Shown here: positions 27,175-37,561 of the stretch, one piece after another
Layout of the letters: each line of letters begins with the position of its first letter
Position numbering within the stretch: the first letter of the stretch is position 1
NCBI GenBank assembly: GCA_043756865.1
Contig: JAYUQG010000019.1
Coordinates: forward strand, 33,772-97,771
Reading direction: 5' to 3'
Length of the DNA: 64,000 bases
Source of the DNA: a bacterium
GTDB taxonomy: Bacteria; Patescibacteriota; Minisyncoccia; Phycocordibacterales; UBA6899
The notes under the pieces: generated by a model
Told to the model about the DNA's origin: nothing
What the model saw: only the letters and a program-made list of their open reading frames with translations
The model's database searches: none
Made by a program: the position numbers and the translations under genes

Positions 27175-28551
27175 ATGGACAAAGAACACACACTGCAATC
27201 ACTGCGACATCACGTAAAAGAACTTAAAGGGGGCGGTCTTGTGCTTCTCCTTGATACGGGTGCGCAGATAACACCTGAGGCAGAGGCGATGCTCCAAGCA
27301 CTGTACTCGCGCTCACCTGCAACAGTCCACGAACATCTGCGTACTATCGCCGAGAAGGGCGCAGAAAAATTCATGGCGAGCTTCTATGTGGGCTACGGCC
27401 ACAAGTCTATTGGCGACTGCGGAACGATAACGCTCTTTATCGAAGGTATTTCGATGCTCACGGCAAAGGCAATCCAGGACTGGATGCTCTATTCAGGTCA
27501 GGAAGTTTCCACGCGGTACGTCGATTTTTCCACCCAACGATTTGAAGACCCACTCGCATCAGCAACATCAGCTAAAGCACTAGAACGACTACGGGAGTTT
27601 TATATTTCCGCACTCCCACTTCTCGAGGATGACCTGCAGAAGCGCTACCCGATGGGTGAGGGTGAAAAAGAAACAATGTACGTGAAGGCCATCAAGGCTC
27701 GCGCGTTCGATATTCTCCGCAGCTTTCTGCCCGCTGGTGCGACCACAAGCGTTGCGTGGCATACCAACCTCCGTCAGGCCGCAGACAAAATTGCCCTCCT
27801 TCGCCATCATCCACTCAAGGAAGTGCGCGATGTTGCAGACGGCATTGAAGCAGTATTGATTGAAGGGTACCCAAGCTCATTTGGTCATAAGCGCTACGAT
27901 GCCACAGAGGGGTACAATGCGTCGTGGATGAATGATGCCTACTATCTCGAAGATGACGCATGCCCTGCATTTGCGCTGACGCATGACCTCATCGCCTACG
28001 AGGAATTCACCGCGCGCCCAAACCTTGCCAACATCCTGCGAGGACGTCCACCGAAAACAGAATTACCGAAGTTTTTGGGAGAACTTGGCACAATACAGTT
28101 TCGTTTTCTCCTCGACTTTGGTTCCTTTCGGGACATTCAACGTCAGCGTGCGGTGCATCAGCGCATGCCACTACTCACGTATGTGCATGGTTTTGAGCCA
28201 TGGTACTTGGAACAGCTTCCTCTGGAACTTCGCAGTCGTGCTGAAGCACTACTCACCGAGAATCAGCGTGAAGTCCAAGCACTTACTGCAAGTAAAACAG
28301 AAATGCAATATTTCATTCCAATGGGATACCTTGTAGCAAACAGACTGACCGGTGATATTCCTGCGTTGGTGTATCTTGCAGAACTACGTGCAGGAAGTAC
28401 GGTACACCCAACACTTCAGATTCGCGCAAGAGAAATTGCCACAGCACTTGAAGAGAAGCTTTCCGAACACGGACTCAAGCTTTTTATCGAAGGCGAGTCA
28501 GGAAGGTTCGATGTCAAACGTGGTGCCCAAGATATAATAAAAAAAGAATAG
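27175..28551 (+). CDS. ThyX-like FAD-dependent thymidylate synthase, long tandem-domain form (tentative)
   Basis: WHTNLRQAADKIALLR resembles the ThyX WxxNxRxxxxFLxLR motif. QDWMLYSGQEVSTRY resembles RQWFRHRxxSxNExSxRY but without RHR. The second half has FRDIQRQR. 458 aa, twice the usual ThyX length. Confidence 0.45.
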   Translation: MDKEHTLQSLRHHVKELKGGGLVLLLDTGAQITPEAEAMLQALYSRSPATVHEHLRTIAEKGAEKFMASFYVGYGHKSIGDCGTITLFIEGISMLTAKAIQDWMLYSGQEVSTRYVDFSTQRFEDPLASATSAKALERLREFYISALPLLEDDLQKRYPMGEGEKETMYVKAIKARAFDILRSFLPAGATTSVAWHTNLRQAADKIALLRHHPLKEVRDVADGIEAVLIEGYPSSFGHKRYDATEGYNASWMNDAYYLEDDACPAFALTHDLIAYEEFTARPNLANILRGRPPKTELPKFLGELGTIQFRFLLDFGSFRDIQRQRAVHQRMPLLTYVHGFEPWYLEQLPLELRSRAEALLTENQREVQALTASKTEMQYFIPMGYLVANRLTGDIPALVYLAELRAGSTVHPTLQIRAREIATALEEKLSEHGLKLFIEGESGRFDVKRGAQDIIKKE

Positions 28552-28562
28552 TGAGCGTAGTT

Positions 28563-28597
28563 AAAAACCGAGGCATACCCTCGGTTTTTTCTTTTTT
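28563..28597 (+). terminator. rho-independent terminator
   Basis: aaaaACCGAGGcatacCCTCGGtttttt. Confidence 0.6.
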
Positions 28598-28618
28598 GAA
28601 CTATGTTATAGTGCCGTC

Positions 28619-29836
28619 ATGAGTGACTTTGGCTTTACGATTGTAAAAAAACTAGGTGGAAACTCGCTTGGCAGAGCTGGGGTCATACATACTCCTCACG
28701 GGGATATTGAAACACCGGCATTTATCGTTGTTGGCACGAAGGCCAGCGTAAAGGCGCTGTCCCCAGAACAAGTAAAAGGTCTCGGTGCGCAGGCAGTACT
28801 CGCGAATACGTATCACTTATACCTTGAACCAGGGGAGGCCATCGTCGAAGCACATGGAGGCTTTGGGAGAATGATGGACTGGCATGGCCCAACATTTACA
28901 GACAGTGGAGGATTCCAAGTATTCTCCTTGGGCGCTGCGATGGGTCACGGTGTCTCCAAAATTGCCACAAGCGAAGCAATTGCGAAAAGTGAAGCGGAAG
29001 GAGGGGAGGAAAAAACACATGATAAATTGGCAAAGATTGATGACGACGGAGTCACGTTTCGCTCGTACATCGACGGAAGTGAACATCGCTTCACATCAGA
29101 GCGAAGCATGGAAATTCAACACGCCCTTGGAGCGGACATGTTTTTTGCATTTGATGAGTGCACGAGTCCACTTGCACCTCGTGCATACCAACGCACCGCG
29201 CTAAACCGCACTCATGCATGGGCAAAACGGAGTTTCGATGCACACAAGCGTCTTGGTGTCTCTGTCGCGACAGGGCAACAACAGGCGCTGTTTGGCGTGG
29301 TGCAAGGTGGAGCCCACGAAGACATGCGACGCGAAAGCGCTCGAGTGCTTGGGGCATTAGACTTCGATGGATTCGGAATCGGGGGAAGTTTTACAAAAAA
29401 CGATATTGGAACAGCAGTGCGCTGGGTAAATGAAGAATTACCTGAGTCAAAACCGCGTCATCTACTCGGCATCGGGGAGCCCATCGACTTGTTTCTTGGA
29501 GTTGAAAATGGGGTAGACACTTTTGACTGTGTCGCACCGACGCGAATTGCACGAAATGGCGCACTTTACACAATTGATGGGCGCATCAATATATACAACG
29601 CAAAATTTAGAAACGATATGAGTCCAATATGTGCTGATACGACATGCGCGGCGCACGGCTATTCGAAAAGCTATCTTGCACACCTCTTTCGTGCCGAGGA
29701 GATGTATGCTGCGACAATTGCCTCAATACACAACCTTCATTTTATAGTAAATTTGGTAAAAAATATCCGCCAGTCGATTATGGACGGGCGGTTTGAGGAA
29801 TATAAAGCTGAGGTCATGTCGCGCTACTATAACTAA
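28619..29836 (+). CDS. tgt: queuine tRNA-ribosyltransferase
   Basis: LANTYHLYLEPG, FAFDECTSP, LLGIGEPIDLF, CADTTCAAHG..H zinc site. About 30-aa acidic insertion (KSEAEGGEEKTHDK). Confidence 0.85.
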   Translation: MSDFGFTIVKKLGGNSLGRAGVIHTPHGDIETPAFIVVGTKASVKALSPEQVKGLGAQAVLANTYHLYLEPGEAIVEAHGGFGRMMDWHGPTFTDSGGFQVFSLGAAMGHGVSKIATSEAIAKSEAEGGEEKTHDKLAKIDDDGVTFRSYIDGSEHRFTSERSMEIQHALGADMFFAFDECTSPLAPRAYQRTALNRTHAWAKRSFDAHKRLGVSVATGQQQALFGVVQGGAHEDMRRESARVLGALDFDGFGIGGSFTKNDIGTAVRWVNEELPESKPRHLLGIGEPIDLFLGVENGVDTFDCVAPTRIARNGALYTIDGRINIYNAKFRNDMSPICADTTCAAHGYSKSYLAHLFRAEEMYAATIASIHNLHFIVNLVKNIRQSIMDGRFEEYKAEVMSRYYN

Positions 29837-30199
29837 ATACGGCTTGCGAACCACAAGCAATGTCTCTGTTCGGCTTCCACGTGTCGTACGGGTCAATGCA
29901 ATCTAGGTTGAGATCAAGGTCGAGCTGCTCACCCGCTGCGGTCTTCGCGCCTGAGTTTGGCTTTTTGTGCTCCCCATCATGTCCGAGGGGAAGTATACAA
30001 TGCCCAATGGGGGGACGCGTAATTGAACCCGGACCCCAGATAGCTGCACCACATGCAGTGTCGATGCTCATATGGTCTCCAATTGTGTCTCTATTCATCA
30101 TACATGCATGGCACGCATTTGTGCATAAAGATATGAGGGAAGTGAGGCAAAGAATAACACGCGTTGCCCAAAAGACAATTTTATGCTATCTTGTCAAGT

Positions 30200-32245
30200 A
30201 TGCCATTTAAATTGAAGTCCGACTGGGAACCCGCTGGAGACCAACCCAAAGCAATTGCAGGGTTGCTTTCGGGCATAAATTCGGGTATGCGCTACCAGAC
30301 ATTGCTCGGTGTTACGGGTTCAGGCAAAACATTCACTGCAGCAAATATCATTGCCAAAATTGGAAAACCGACATTGGTTGTAGCGCACAACAAAACCCTT
30401 GCTGCGCAGCTCGCACAAGAATATAGAATGTTTTTCCCTGAGAATGCCGTACACTACTTTGTTTCGTACTACGACTACTACCAGCCTGAAGCATATCTCC
30501 CCACCACGGATACCTATATTGAAAAGGATGCGCAGATAAACGACGAAATCGACCGCCTTCGGCACGCCTCGACACAAGCACTTCTGTCACGAAAGGACGT
30601 CATTATTGTCGCTTCTGTATCGTGTATATATGGACTCGGTTCTCCTGATGAGTATCTCAAAGTAAACCTCAAACTCACCGTAGGGGATAAAATTGCGCGC
30701 AACGACGTGATTCGCAAACTGGTAAACATATACTTCGAACGCACAAACGCAGATCTTGGCCCCGGAACGTTCCGCGGAATAGGCAATACACTTGAAATTA
30801 TGCCAACAGGTGAGATTATGATTTACCAACTGACTTTTTCAGGAAGCCTGATACAGCAAATACAAAAGATTGATCCAATAACACGAGCAGTGGTGGGCGA
30901 GCTTGATTCGACGTTTTTCTTTCCCGCAAAACACTTCATCACTTCTCTTGAAGAACGCAAACGCGCACTCGGCTCCATTCAGGAAGAATTAACAGCACAG
31001 CTTGCAGTATTTGCAAAAGAAGGAAAAATACTCGAAGCAGAACGCTTGAAACGACGTACGCGCTACGATATGGCCATGATTGAGGAGGTGGGGTACTGCA
31101 GTGGAATCGAAAACTATTCGCGTCATTTTTCAGGAAAAGCTCCAGGCGAAGCTCCCGATACGCTACTTTCATATTTTCCGCACTTAAGTGACGGAACTCC
31201 TGACTTTCTTACCATTATAGACGAGTCACACGTTACCATACCGCAAATACGAGGTATGTTTGCGGGTGATGCGTCACGTAAGAAAACACTAATTGAGCAC
31301 GGTTTTCGACTTCCATCTGCTGCCGACAATCGGCCGCTGAAGTTCCCCGAATGGGAGCAGCGTGTAGGAACAGTAATTTTCACCTCAGCAACACCATCTG
31401 TCTATGAACATGACGTGGGTGAACAGGTTGTGGAACAAGTCATACGACCAACCGGACTCGTGGACCCTGAGATTATTATCCGACCTGTCGTTTCAAATGC
31501 TACGTATCCCGGTCAAGTTGCCGACTTTATCGACGACGCTATAAGAACGGCAAAAAAGGATGAACGTATTTTGGTGACCACACTCACAAAAAAAATGGCT
31601 GAAGACCTTGCAACGTATCTCAAGGAAAAAGGTGTAAAGTCGGAATACCTCCATAGTGACGTTAAGACAATCGAACGTATAAAAATTCTTACGGAGTTTC
31701 GCAAGGGTACATTTGATTGTCTCGTTGGCGTGAACTTGCTCCGCGAAGGACTCGACTTGCCCGAAGTTTCCCTCGTGGCTATTTTTGATGCGGACAAGGA
31801 AGGATTTTTACGTTCTGCAACTTCGCTGATACAAACCATGGGGCGCGCGGCCCGAAATGTTTCTGGTAGAGTACTCTTGTATGCCGACATCATGACTGGG
31901 TCGATGGACGCCGCTATCAAGGAGACAAATCGTCGCCGTGCCGTACAGCTCGCGCACAACAAAGCCCACGGGATTACTCCGGTGTCTATCAAGAAGAAAA
32001 TCAAGGACATCACCGAAGAACTTCAGTCTGTACACGAAAAAACCTTGAAAGCACTTTTTGTACTCGACAAGAAGGCATATGACAAAAATCCTGAAAAAAT
32101 TATTAAGCAGAAGGAAAAACAAATGCTCGCGGCGGTGAAGGAGCTTGATTTTGAAACTGCAGCCCTTCTGCGTGATGAAATAAAGATGCTTCGCGGAGAA
32201 ACTGTAACGCCACGTGGTGACGTTGCAAGGAGAAAGAATAGATAA
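30200..32245 (+). CDS. uvrB: excinuclease ABC subunit B
   Basis: FKLKSDWEPAGDQPKAI, GVTGSGKTFT, YFVSYYDYYQPEAY, C-terminal UVR motif. ORF-track start 30164 is TTG; ATG at 30200. Confidence 0.9.
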   Translation: MPFKLKSDWEPAGDQPKAIAGLLSGINSGMRYQTLLGVTGSGKTFTAANIIAKIGKPTLVVAHNKTLAAQLAQEYRMFFPENAVHYFVSYYDYYQPEAYLPTTDTYIEKDAQINDEIDRLRHASTQALLSRKDVIIVASVSCIYGLGSPDEYLKVNLKLTVGDKIARNDVIRKLVNIYFERTNADLGPGTFRGIGNTLEIMPTGEIMIYQLTFSGSLIQQIQKIDPITRAVVGELDSTFFFPAKHFITSLEERKRALGSIQEELTAQLAVFAKEGKILEAERLKRRTRYDMAMIEEVGYCSGIENYSRHFSGKAPGEAPDTLLSYFPHLSDGTPDFLTIIDESHVTIPQIRGMFAGDASRKKTLIEHGFRLPSAADNRPLKFPEWEQRVGTVIFTSATPSVYEHDVGEQVVEQVIRPTGLVDPEIIIRPVVSNATYPGQVADFIDDAIRTAKKDERILVTTLTKKMAEDLATYLKEKGVKSEYLHSDVKTIERIKILTEFRKGTFDCLVGVNLLREGLDLPEVSLVAIFDADKEGFLRSATSLIQTMGRAARNVSGRVLLYADIMTGSMDAAIKETNRRRAVQLAHNKAHGITPVSIKKKIKDITEELQSVHEKTLKALFVLDKKAYDKNPEKIIKQKEKQMLAAVKELDFETAALLRDEIKMLRGETVTPRGDVARRKNR

Positions 32246-32275
32246 TACCATTGAGACAGACACTTGGAGTGACTG

Positions 32276-32608
32276 ATGAAACATCCCGTTCGTTTGACAA
32301 AAGAGGGACTATTTTTTGTCCTTGGTAAGCTCTATTATGCCGAGGCACTGCTTTGCACTAAGTTTGACGGTGAGCTGACGGAGCCGATTGGCGTAGACGA
32401 AGCACTCGCGCAACTCGAAGAGGCAAAAGAGCCGCTGCTCATAATCGTGCTTGGCCCGCCTGACGTACGGGACGAGTTTACCGCGTATCTCGCTGCAACT
32501 TATGAGATTATGTTAAATCTCGACATGGCGGTCACAACAGAGTCTCCACTGACTACCACCGACATCCATCTCTCAATAGTGCCTGATACCGATATGCCGT
32601 CCACGTGA
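32276..32608 (+). CDS. hypothetical protein (110 aa)
   Basis: GGAG 11 nt upstream of the ATG. No motif recognised. Confidence 0.4.
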   Translation: MKHPVRLTKEGLFFVLGKLYYAEALLCTKFDGELTEPIGVDEALAQLEEAKEPLLIIVLGPPDVRDEFTAYLAATYEIMLNLDMAVTTESPLTTTDIHLSIVPDTDMPST

Positions 32609-32648
32609 CGGTTTTATATTACAGAGCAAAGAGTGGTATAATATTCCC

Positions 32649-33824
32649 ATGATTGCTGCAAGTGTTGGTGTTGGAACAGGGAATGACGCATACAAAGCAG
32701 GCGTCGAAGCCTGCACGCAAGCCCTTTTGGGAATACCCGATGGTAGTGTATCGGCACTTATAGTATTTGGTTCAATCAGTTTAGATCAAGACAAGCTTAT
32801 TGAGGGAATCAAGGCCACCGCCCCCGGAGGACTCATCATTGGTTGCTCCACAGCGGGCGAAATATCAAGTGAAGGATTTTCGAATGAGAAAAGCGTTGTC
32901 GTTTTGGCAATTGCGTCAGATCAAATCCAATTCTGGGGTGGGGTGGGGAACCACATACTTTGGAACCCCAAACAAGCAGGGGAAGAGTGTGCGAATCAAT
33001 TGCAATACAACTCACATGGATACATTACTTCGTGCCTCACCTTTTTTGATATCCTTTCAGGAAACGGTGACCAGACACTTGCGGGACTCTTGGGTGGTTT
33101 GGGTGCACACTTTCCGGTATATGGCGGAGCGGCGGCAGATGACATGTTTTTTTTTGAGACCTTTCAGTACTTAGGAGACAAGGTCTACAAAAATTCAATA
33201 GTAGGAATGGGAATCTCGGGAAATTATCATGCGGTGGGTGTCACACACCACGGCTTTCTTCCTATCGGAATCGCGCGTAAGGTCACCAAAGCAGAAGACA
33301 CCACACTCTATGAGCTCGACGGAAAGCCTGCTGCATCAATATATGAAGAATACTTTGGAGAAGAACATCTCTCAGAGTTACACGAAGGCTTACTTCCGTC
33401 TCTCGCAGTGTCGTATCCGCTCGGCGTGTTTCTGCCTGAAAGCAACGACGTGGTACTCAGAAATCCTATTTTTGTTGACCAGAAGGGAGCAATGACGTTC
33501 ACCGCAGCAATACCTGTAGGAGCGGAAATTCGTCTCATGATTTCAGACATCGACCGCGCACTAGAAACAACAGAATCGGCTGCGCGTGAAGTCCTCGAAA
33601 AGCTCGGCGGGAAGACTCCAAAGGCGGTCATCATGGTAAGCTCCGTAGCAAGAAAAAGAATGTTGGGTCTGCGGGCCGATGAGGAAATCCAAATCGTCCA
33701 GCGCATCGTGGGACGCGATGTTCCCATTGCTGGATATTACACATACGCACAGATTGGAGGCTTGCTGGGCGAACAAGTTCCACTTCATAACGGCTCACTA
33801 TTGATTTGGGCGCTTGGAGAATAA
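32649..33824 (+). CDS. FIST-domain sensor protein (tentative)
   Basis: About 390 aa Gly-rich alpha/beta protein immediately upstream of a histidine kinase and a receiver. Layout is consistent with the FIST N and C domains. Confidence 0.45.
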   Translation: MIAASVGVGTGNDAYKAGVEACTQALLGIPDGSVSALIVFGSISLDQDKLIEGIKATAPGGLIIGCSTAGEISSEGFSNEKSVVVLAIASDQIQFWGGVGNHILWNPKQAGEECANQLQYNSHGYITSCLTFFDILSGNGDQTLAGLLGGLGAHFPVYGGAAADDMFFFETFQYLGDKVYKNSIVGMGISGNYHAVGVTHHGFLPIGIARKVTKAEDTTLYELDGKPAASIYEEYFGEEHLSELHEGLLPSLAVSYPLGVFLPESNDVVLRNPIFVDQKGAMTFTAAIPVGAEIRLMISDIDRALETTESAAREVLEKLGGKTPKAVIMVSSVARKRMLGLRADEEIQIVQRIVGRDVPIAGYYTYAQIGGLLGEQVPLHNGSLLIWALGE

Positions 33825-33875
33825 ACCAAAATTACTTGCACACGTACCCAACTATCACGTAACATTGTTACAGTT

Positions 33876-35309
33876 ATGCAAAATGAACATCATCCTGGCA
33901 CGCGCACGCAATCAACTGGCTGGATTATCGATGCGCGGTGGTACTACGCACCCCTAGCATTTCTTTTAGGCATTATCGCAAAAGAAGAGGTGGATTATGC
34001 AAATACGACCATTATTCTTGTCGTATCACTTTTTGTTGTACTACTCTGTAACGGATTTTTTTATTATTTTATTAAAAAGTCCGAACACCTTGAAATTCCT
34101 AACGAGCATGTATACATGCTCAACCTCGCTCAAATTGGTCTCGACCTGCTCTTTTTCTTTATCGTTATGCTCTTCACGGGGGGCGGAGTGGAGAGCGTTG
34201 GGCACTCATTTTTCTTCGTACCCATCATTGTTTCGATGATAATTTTTGGATTTCGCGGTGCTGTTGCTGTCGCGGTTTCCTCGGGATTTTTGGTTCTGCT
34301 CTCGGTACTCGTCCATTCAAATGTATTAATCCCACTCATTATGCCGGGTGAAACTCTGGTGGTGACCAAAGAGCTTTCGCTTACGCTTGCAGAGGCGGGG
34401 ATTATATTTATGATTTATCTCCTGACGGGCTTTTTTGGAGGCTACATCTCACGCCTCATTCGCGCGCGCGACCTGCTTTTGCTTGAACAGATAAAAAAGG
34501 AGGAAGGTCATGTAGTTCGCCTCGAAGAGCTCACCAAAGAGTTCGACAAGAGTGCAAAACTTTTGGTGCGTCGCGACCTTGAGCTTACTAGTGCGAACGA
34601 CAAACTAACTCAACTTGACCGCATGAAGTCAGAAATTATTTCTGTTGTTGCACATCAATTGCGCACCCCGCTGTCGGCGATTAAATGGACACTAAAAATT
34701 CTTCTCGATAAGGGAGCAGGCGACATTACAAAGGAACAGGAAGAGCTACTGAGCAAAGGGTTCGAGTCTAATGAGCGCATGATTACGCTCATCAACGACA
34801 TGCTTGCAGTAGACCGCCTCGAATCAGGAAAGCTTAAGTATAATTTTGTCCCTGTACAGTTTGAAGAGCTGGTACAAGACATGATTAGAAGTTTGCTTCC
34901 ACTGGCGACACAAAAGAATATACGCGTCGAGTTCACTTCACCCAAAACACTGCTTCCGAAAATAAAAATTGACCCCGACAAAATGCGGGACGTCCTTCAG
35001 AATCTTATCGACAACGCAATCAAGTACACCAAGGTGGACGGTCTCGTTTCAGTTGGAGTTGTTGCAGAAGGAGATGAACTCCATTTTTGGGTGAAAGATA
35101 ATGGTATTGGCATCCCCGATGAAGAAAAAGACAAAATTTTCTCCCGCTTTTTTAGAGCTGACAATGCTGTGCATACCGCGACAGACGGTTCGGGCCTTGG
35201 TCTGTTTATTGCCCAAAGCGTTATCAAGCGACATGCAGGAAAAGTCTGGTTTGACAGTGTGCTTAACGAGGGAACAACATTTCACGTCCTTTTACCACTT
35301 GGATCATAA
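33876..35309 (+). CDS. sensor histidine kinase (multi-TM N-terminus, HisKA + HATPase_c)
   Basis: H-box ISVVAHQLRTPLSAIKW. N-box LQNLIDNAIKYT. G1 DNGIGIP. G2 GSGLGLFIAQ. Confidence 0.8.
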   Translation: MQNEHHPGTRTQSTGWIIDARWYYAPLAFLLGIIAKEEVDYANTTIILVVSLFVVLLCNGFFYYFIKKSEHLEIPNEHVYMLNLAQIGLDLLFFFIVMLFTGGGVESVGHSFFFVPIIVSMIIFGFRGAVAVAVSSGFLVLLSVLVHSNVLIPLIMPGETLVVTKELSLTLAEAGIIFMIYLLTGFFGGYISRLIRARDLLLLEQIKKEEGHVVRLEELTKEFDKSAKLLVRRDLELTSANDKLTQLDRMKSEIISVVAHQLRTPLSAIKWTLKILLDKGAGDITKEQEELLSKGFESNERMITLINDMLAVDRLESGKLKYNFVPVQFEELVQDMIRSLLPLATQKNIRVEFTSPKTLLPKIKIDPDKMRDVLQNLIDNAIKYTKVDGLVSVGVVAEGDELHFWVKDNGIGIPDEEKDKIFSRFFRADNAVHTATDGSGLGLFIAQSVIKRHAGKVWFDSVLNEGTTFHVLLPLGS

Positions 35310-35339
35310 GCTGGACGAAACATGCTATACTGACACATT

Positions 35340-36182
35340 ATGGAAGAAACTATACCCAAAAAAATACTGGTTGCCATGGAAGATACGCCAATTCGTGTGT
35401 CTATTCTTCACATGCTCCAGTCAGCGGGTTTTGCAGTGACCCTTGGTGACTCCGACGCGGAGATTCAAACAGCACTTAATTCGACAAATCCCGACCTTAT
35501 TGTGCTCAATCTTGCGCTTCCGGGAGTCGATGGTCTTGCTGTTCTTGAGGTAATTCGAGGAAACCCCAATCCCTCGCTTGCTGCAACTCCTATTATTGTC
35601 GGCTCCGCAACAGGAGATATCGTGGAAATTGGGTCGGCATTAAAGTTTAGAATCAACGATTACTTTATTAACTCCAGCTTTGATCCCATTGCATTCTTTT
35701 CAAAAGTTTCAAAACAGCTTGGAATGGCAAACCTTCCCCCACCAATCATCCTTGTTGCCGCACCGCTCGTGAGTGAGGGAAAGCCTCCAAAATTACTCAT
35801 TGTTGAGGATGACAAATTTCTCCGCGACCTCGCTACAAAAACTTTGGAAAAACAGCGTCTGCAGGTTATTGCAGCTGTCGATGGAGAACAGGGAATTGCG
35901 CTTGCGGAGCAAGAGCTGCCGGATATTATACTGCTCGACATACTACTGCCGGGAATCGATGGGTTTGAAGTGCTGCGCAGAATTCGCGCCAATCCCGCGC
36001 TCGCGAAAACGAAAGTGGCAATGCTTTCTAACTTTGGACAACGCGAAGACATCGAGAAAGCACTAAAGCTTGGAGCAGACAAATTCTTCGTGAAGGCGAA
36101 TTTCACACTCGGCGAAATAGTTGCAGAAGTGAATGAATTAACGGCTAGTCAAAAACAGCATGAGCACCCACCACTCAATTGA
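35340..36182 (+). CDS. tandem receiver-domain protein (REC-REC, no output domain); first REC has Asn at phospho-acceptor position
   Basis: REC1 DLIVLNLALPGVDG (N replaces D). REC2 DIILLDILLPGIDG canonical, with DD pocket and conserved K. Confidence 0.7.
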   Translation: MEETIPKKILVAMEDTPIRVSILHMLQSAGFAVTLGDSDAEIQTALNSTNPDLIVLNLALPGVDGLAVLEVIRGNPNPSLAATPIIVGSATGDIVEIGSALKFRINDYFINSSFDPIAFFSKVSKQLGMANLPPPIILVAAPLVSEGKPPKLLIVEDDKFLRDLATKTLEKQRLQVIAAVDGEQGIALAEQELPDIILLDILLPGIDGFEVLRRIRANPALAKTKVAMLSNFGQREDIEKALKLGADKFFVKANFTLGEIVAEVNELTASQKQHEHPPLN

Positions 36183-37506
36183 GGAGTTTATGAATGAGGT
36201 CACTCTCAAGAATCCCAACGAAAAAGAGTTTGAGCAAGCGGTACAGGAAGTTGCGGAAACCATTATTCCCTTTATTGCAGCCCATCCTAAATATCAGGGT
36301 TTCAAAATTCTTGAACGACTTGTAGAGCCGGAGCGTACAATAATCTTCCGAGTGCCGTGGGTGAACGATGCGGGCGTCATTCAAGTGAATCGTGGATATC
36401 GTGTACAGTTTTCAAGTGCAATTGGCCCGTATAAGGGAGGCTTACGTTTTCACCCATCAGTCAATCTTTCAATACTTAAATTTCTCGGCTTTGAGCAAGT
36501 GTTTAAGAACAGCCTCACGACGCTCCCACTTGGGGGGGGGAAAGGTGGCTCGAACTTTGATCCAAAAGGGAAGTCAGATGCAGAGGTGATGCGATTTTGC
36601 CAATCATTTATGTCCGAGCTTTTTCGCCACATCGGAGCAGACACCGATGTGCCGGCCGGCGATATCGGAGTAGGGGGCAGAGAAATCGGGTACCTCTTTG
36701 GGCAATATAAGCGCCTCGCAGACCAATACACGGGTGTATTAACAGGAAAGGGTTGGGGTTGGGGGGGCAGCCTCATGCGACCCGAAGCGACGGGCTATGG
36801 CGCCACCTACTTTGCTGAAGCGATGCTCGAAACAAAAGGGACTACGCTGGAAGGTAAAACTATCATCCTTTCCGGTTCGGGAAATGTTGCGCAGGGGGTT
36901 GCCGAGAAAGCACATGCACTGGGCGCAAAGGTTATCACTATGTCTGACTCCGATGGCTATATTTATGACAAAGACGGGATTGATATTGAGAAACTTACCT
37001 TTATTAAAAAACTGAAAAACGAAAAGCGTGGACGCATCAAGGAATACGCTGATAAATTTAATGTGCGCTATATAGAAGACGCAAAACCGTGGGGAGAAAA
37101 AGGTGACCTCGCATTTCCTTGCGCGACCCAAAACGAGCTCGACAAGGCAGGTGCTGACCGATTGATTGAATCCGGCGTTTTTGCGGTTATTGAAGGTGCA
37201 AATATGCCCACTACACCTGAGGCGGTTGAAATACTGCATACCGGTGGCGTGCTCTTTTCTCCTGGGAAAGCCTCAAACGCGGGAGGAGTCGCAACATCAG
37301 GCCTCGAGATGTCTCAGAATAGCCAACGCCTCTACTGGACGGCAGAGGAGGTTGATGCCAAGCTGCACGCAATTATGAAGCAAATACACCACACCTGCGT
37401 GGAACACGGGAAAGACGAAAAGGGCAATGTAAACTACGTCCGTGGGGCAAACATAGGAGGATTTGTCCGTGTTGCAGATGCAATGCTCGATCAAGGTGTA
37501 GTCTAA
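36160..37506 (+). CDS. gdhA: NADP-specific glutamate dehydrogenase
   Basis: [18 protein letters not shown] signature. N-terminus SIEEFMNEV...EFEQAV matches the GdhA N-terminus. Overlaps the receiver gene by 23 nt. Confidence 0.85.
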   Translation: MSTHHSIEEFMNEVTLKNPNEKEFEQAVQEVAETIIPFIAAHPKYQGFKILERLVEPERTIIFRVPWVNDAGVIQVNRGYRVQFSSAIGPYKGGLRFHPSVNLSILKFLGFEQVFKNSLTTLPLGGGKGGSNFDPKGKSDAEVMRFCQSFMSELFRHIGADTDVPAGDIGVGGREIGYLFGQYKRLADQYTGVLTGKGWGWGGSLMRPEATGYGATYFAEAMLETKGTTLEGKTIILSGSGNVAQGVAEKAHALGAKVITMSDSDGYIYDKDGIDIEKLTFIKKLKNEKRGRIKEYADKFNVRYIEDAKPWGEKGDLAFPCATQNELDKAGADRLIESGVFAVIEGANMPTTPEAVEILHTGGVLFSPGKASNAGGVATSGLEMSQNSQRLYWTAEEVDAKLHAIMKQIHHTCVEHGKDEKGNVNYVRGANIGGFVRVADAMLDQGVV

Positions 37507-37561
37507 ATCTACTATCGCGAGCGCTTTATTTTTTCTCCAAAGCGTGTTATGATGCGACGCT

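Noticed and set aside
36532-36540. G9 homopolymer in gdhA
   Set aside because: It encodes the invariant GGGKGG glycine loop of glutamate dehydrogenase (GGG codons). It is a codon-choice effect, not a contingency locus.
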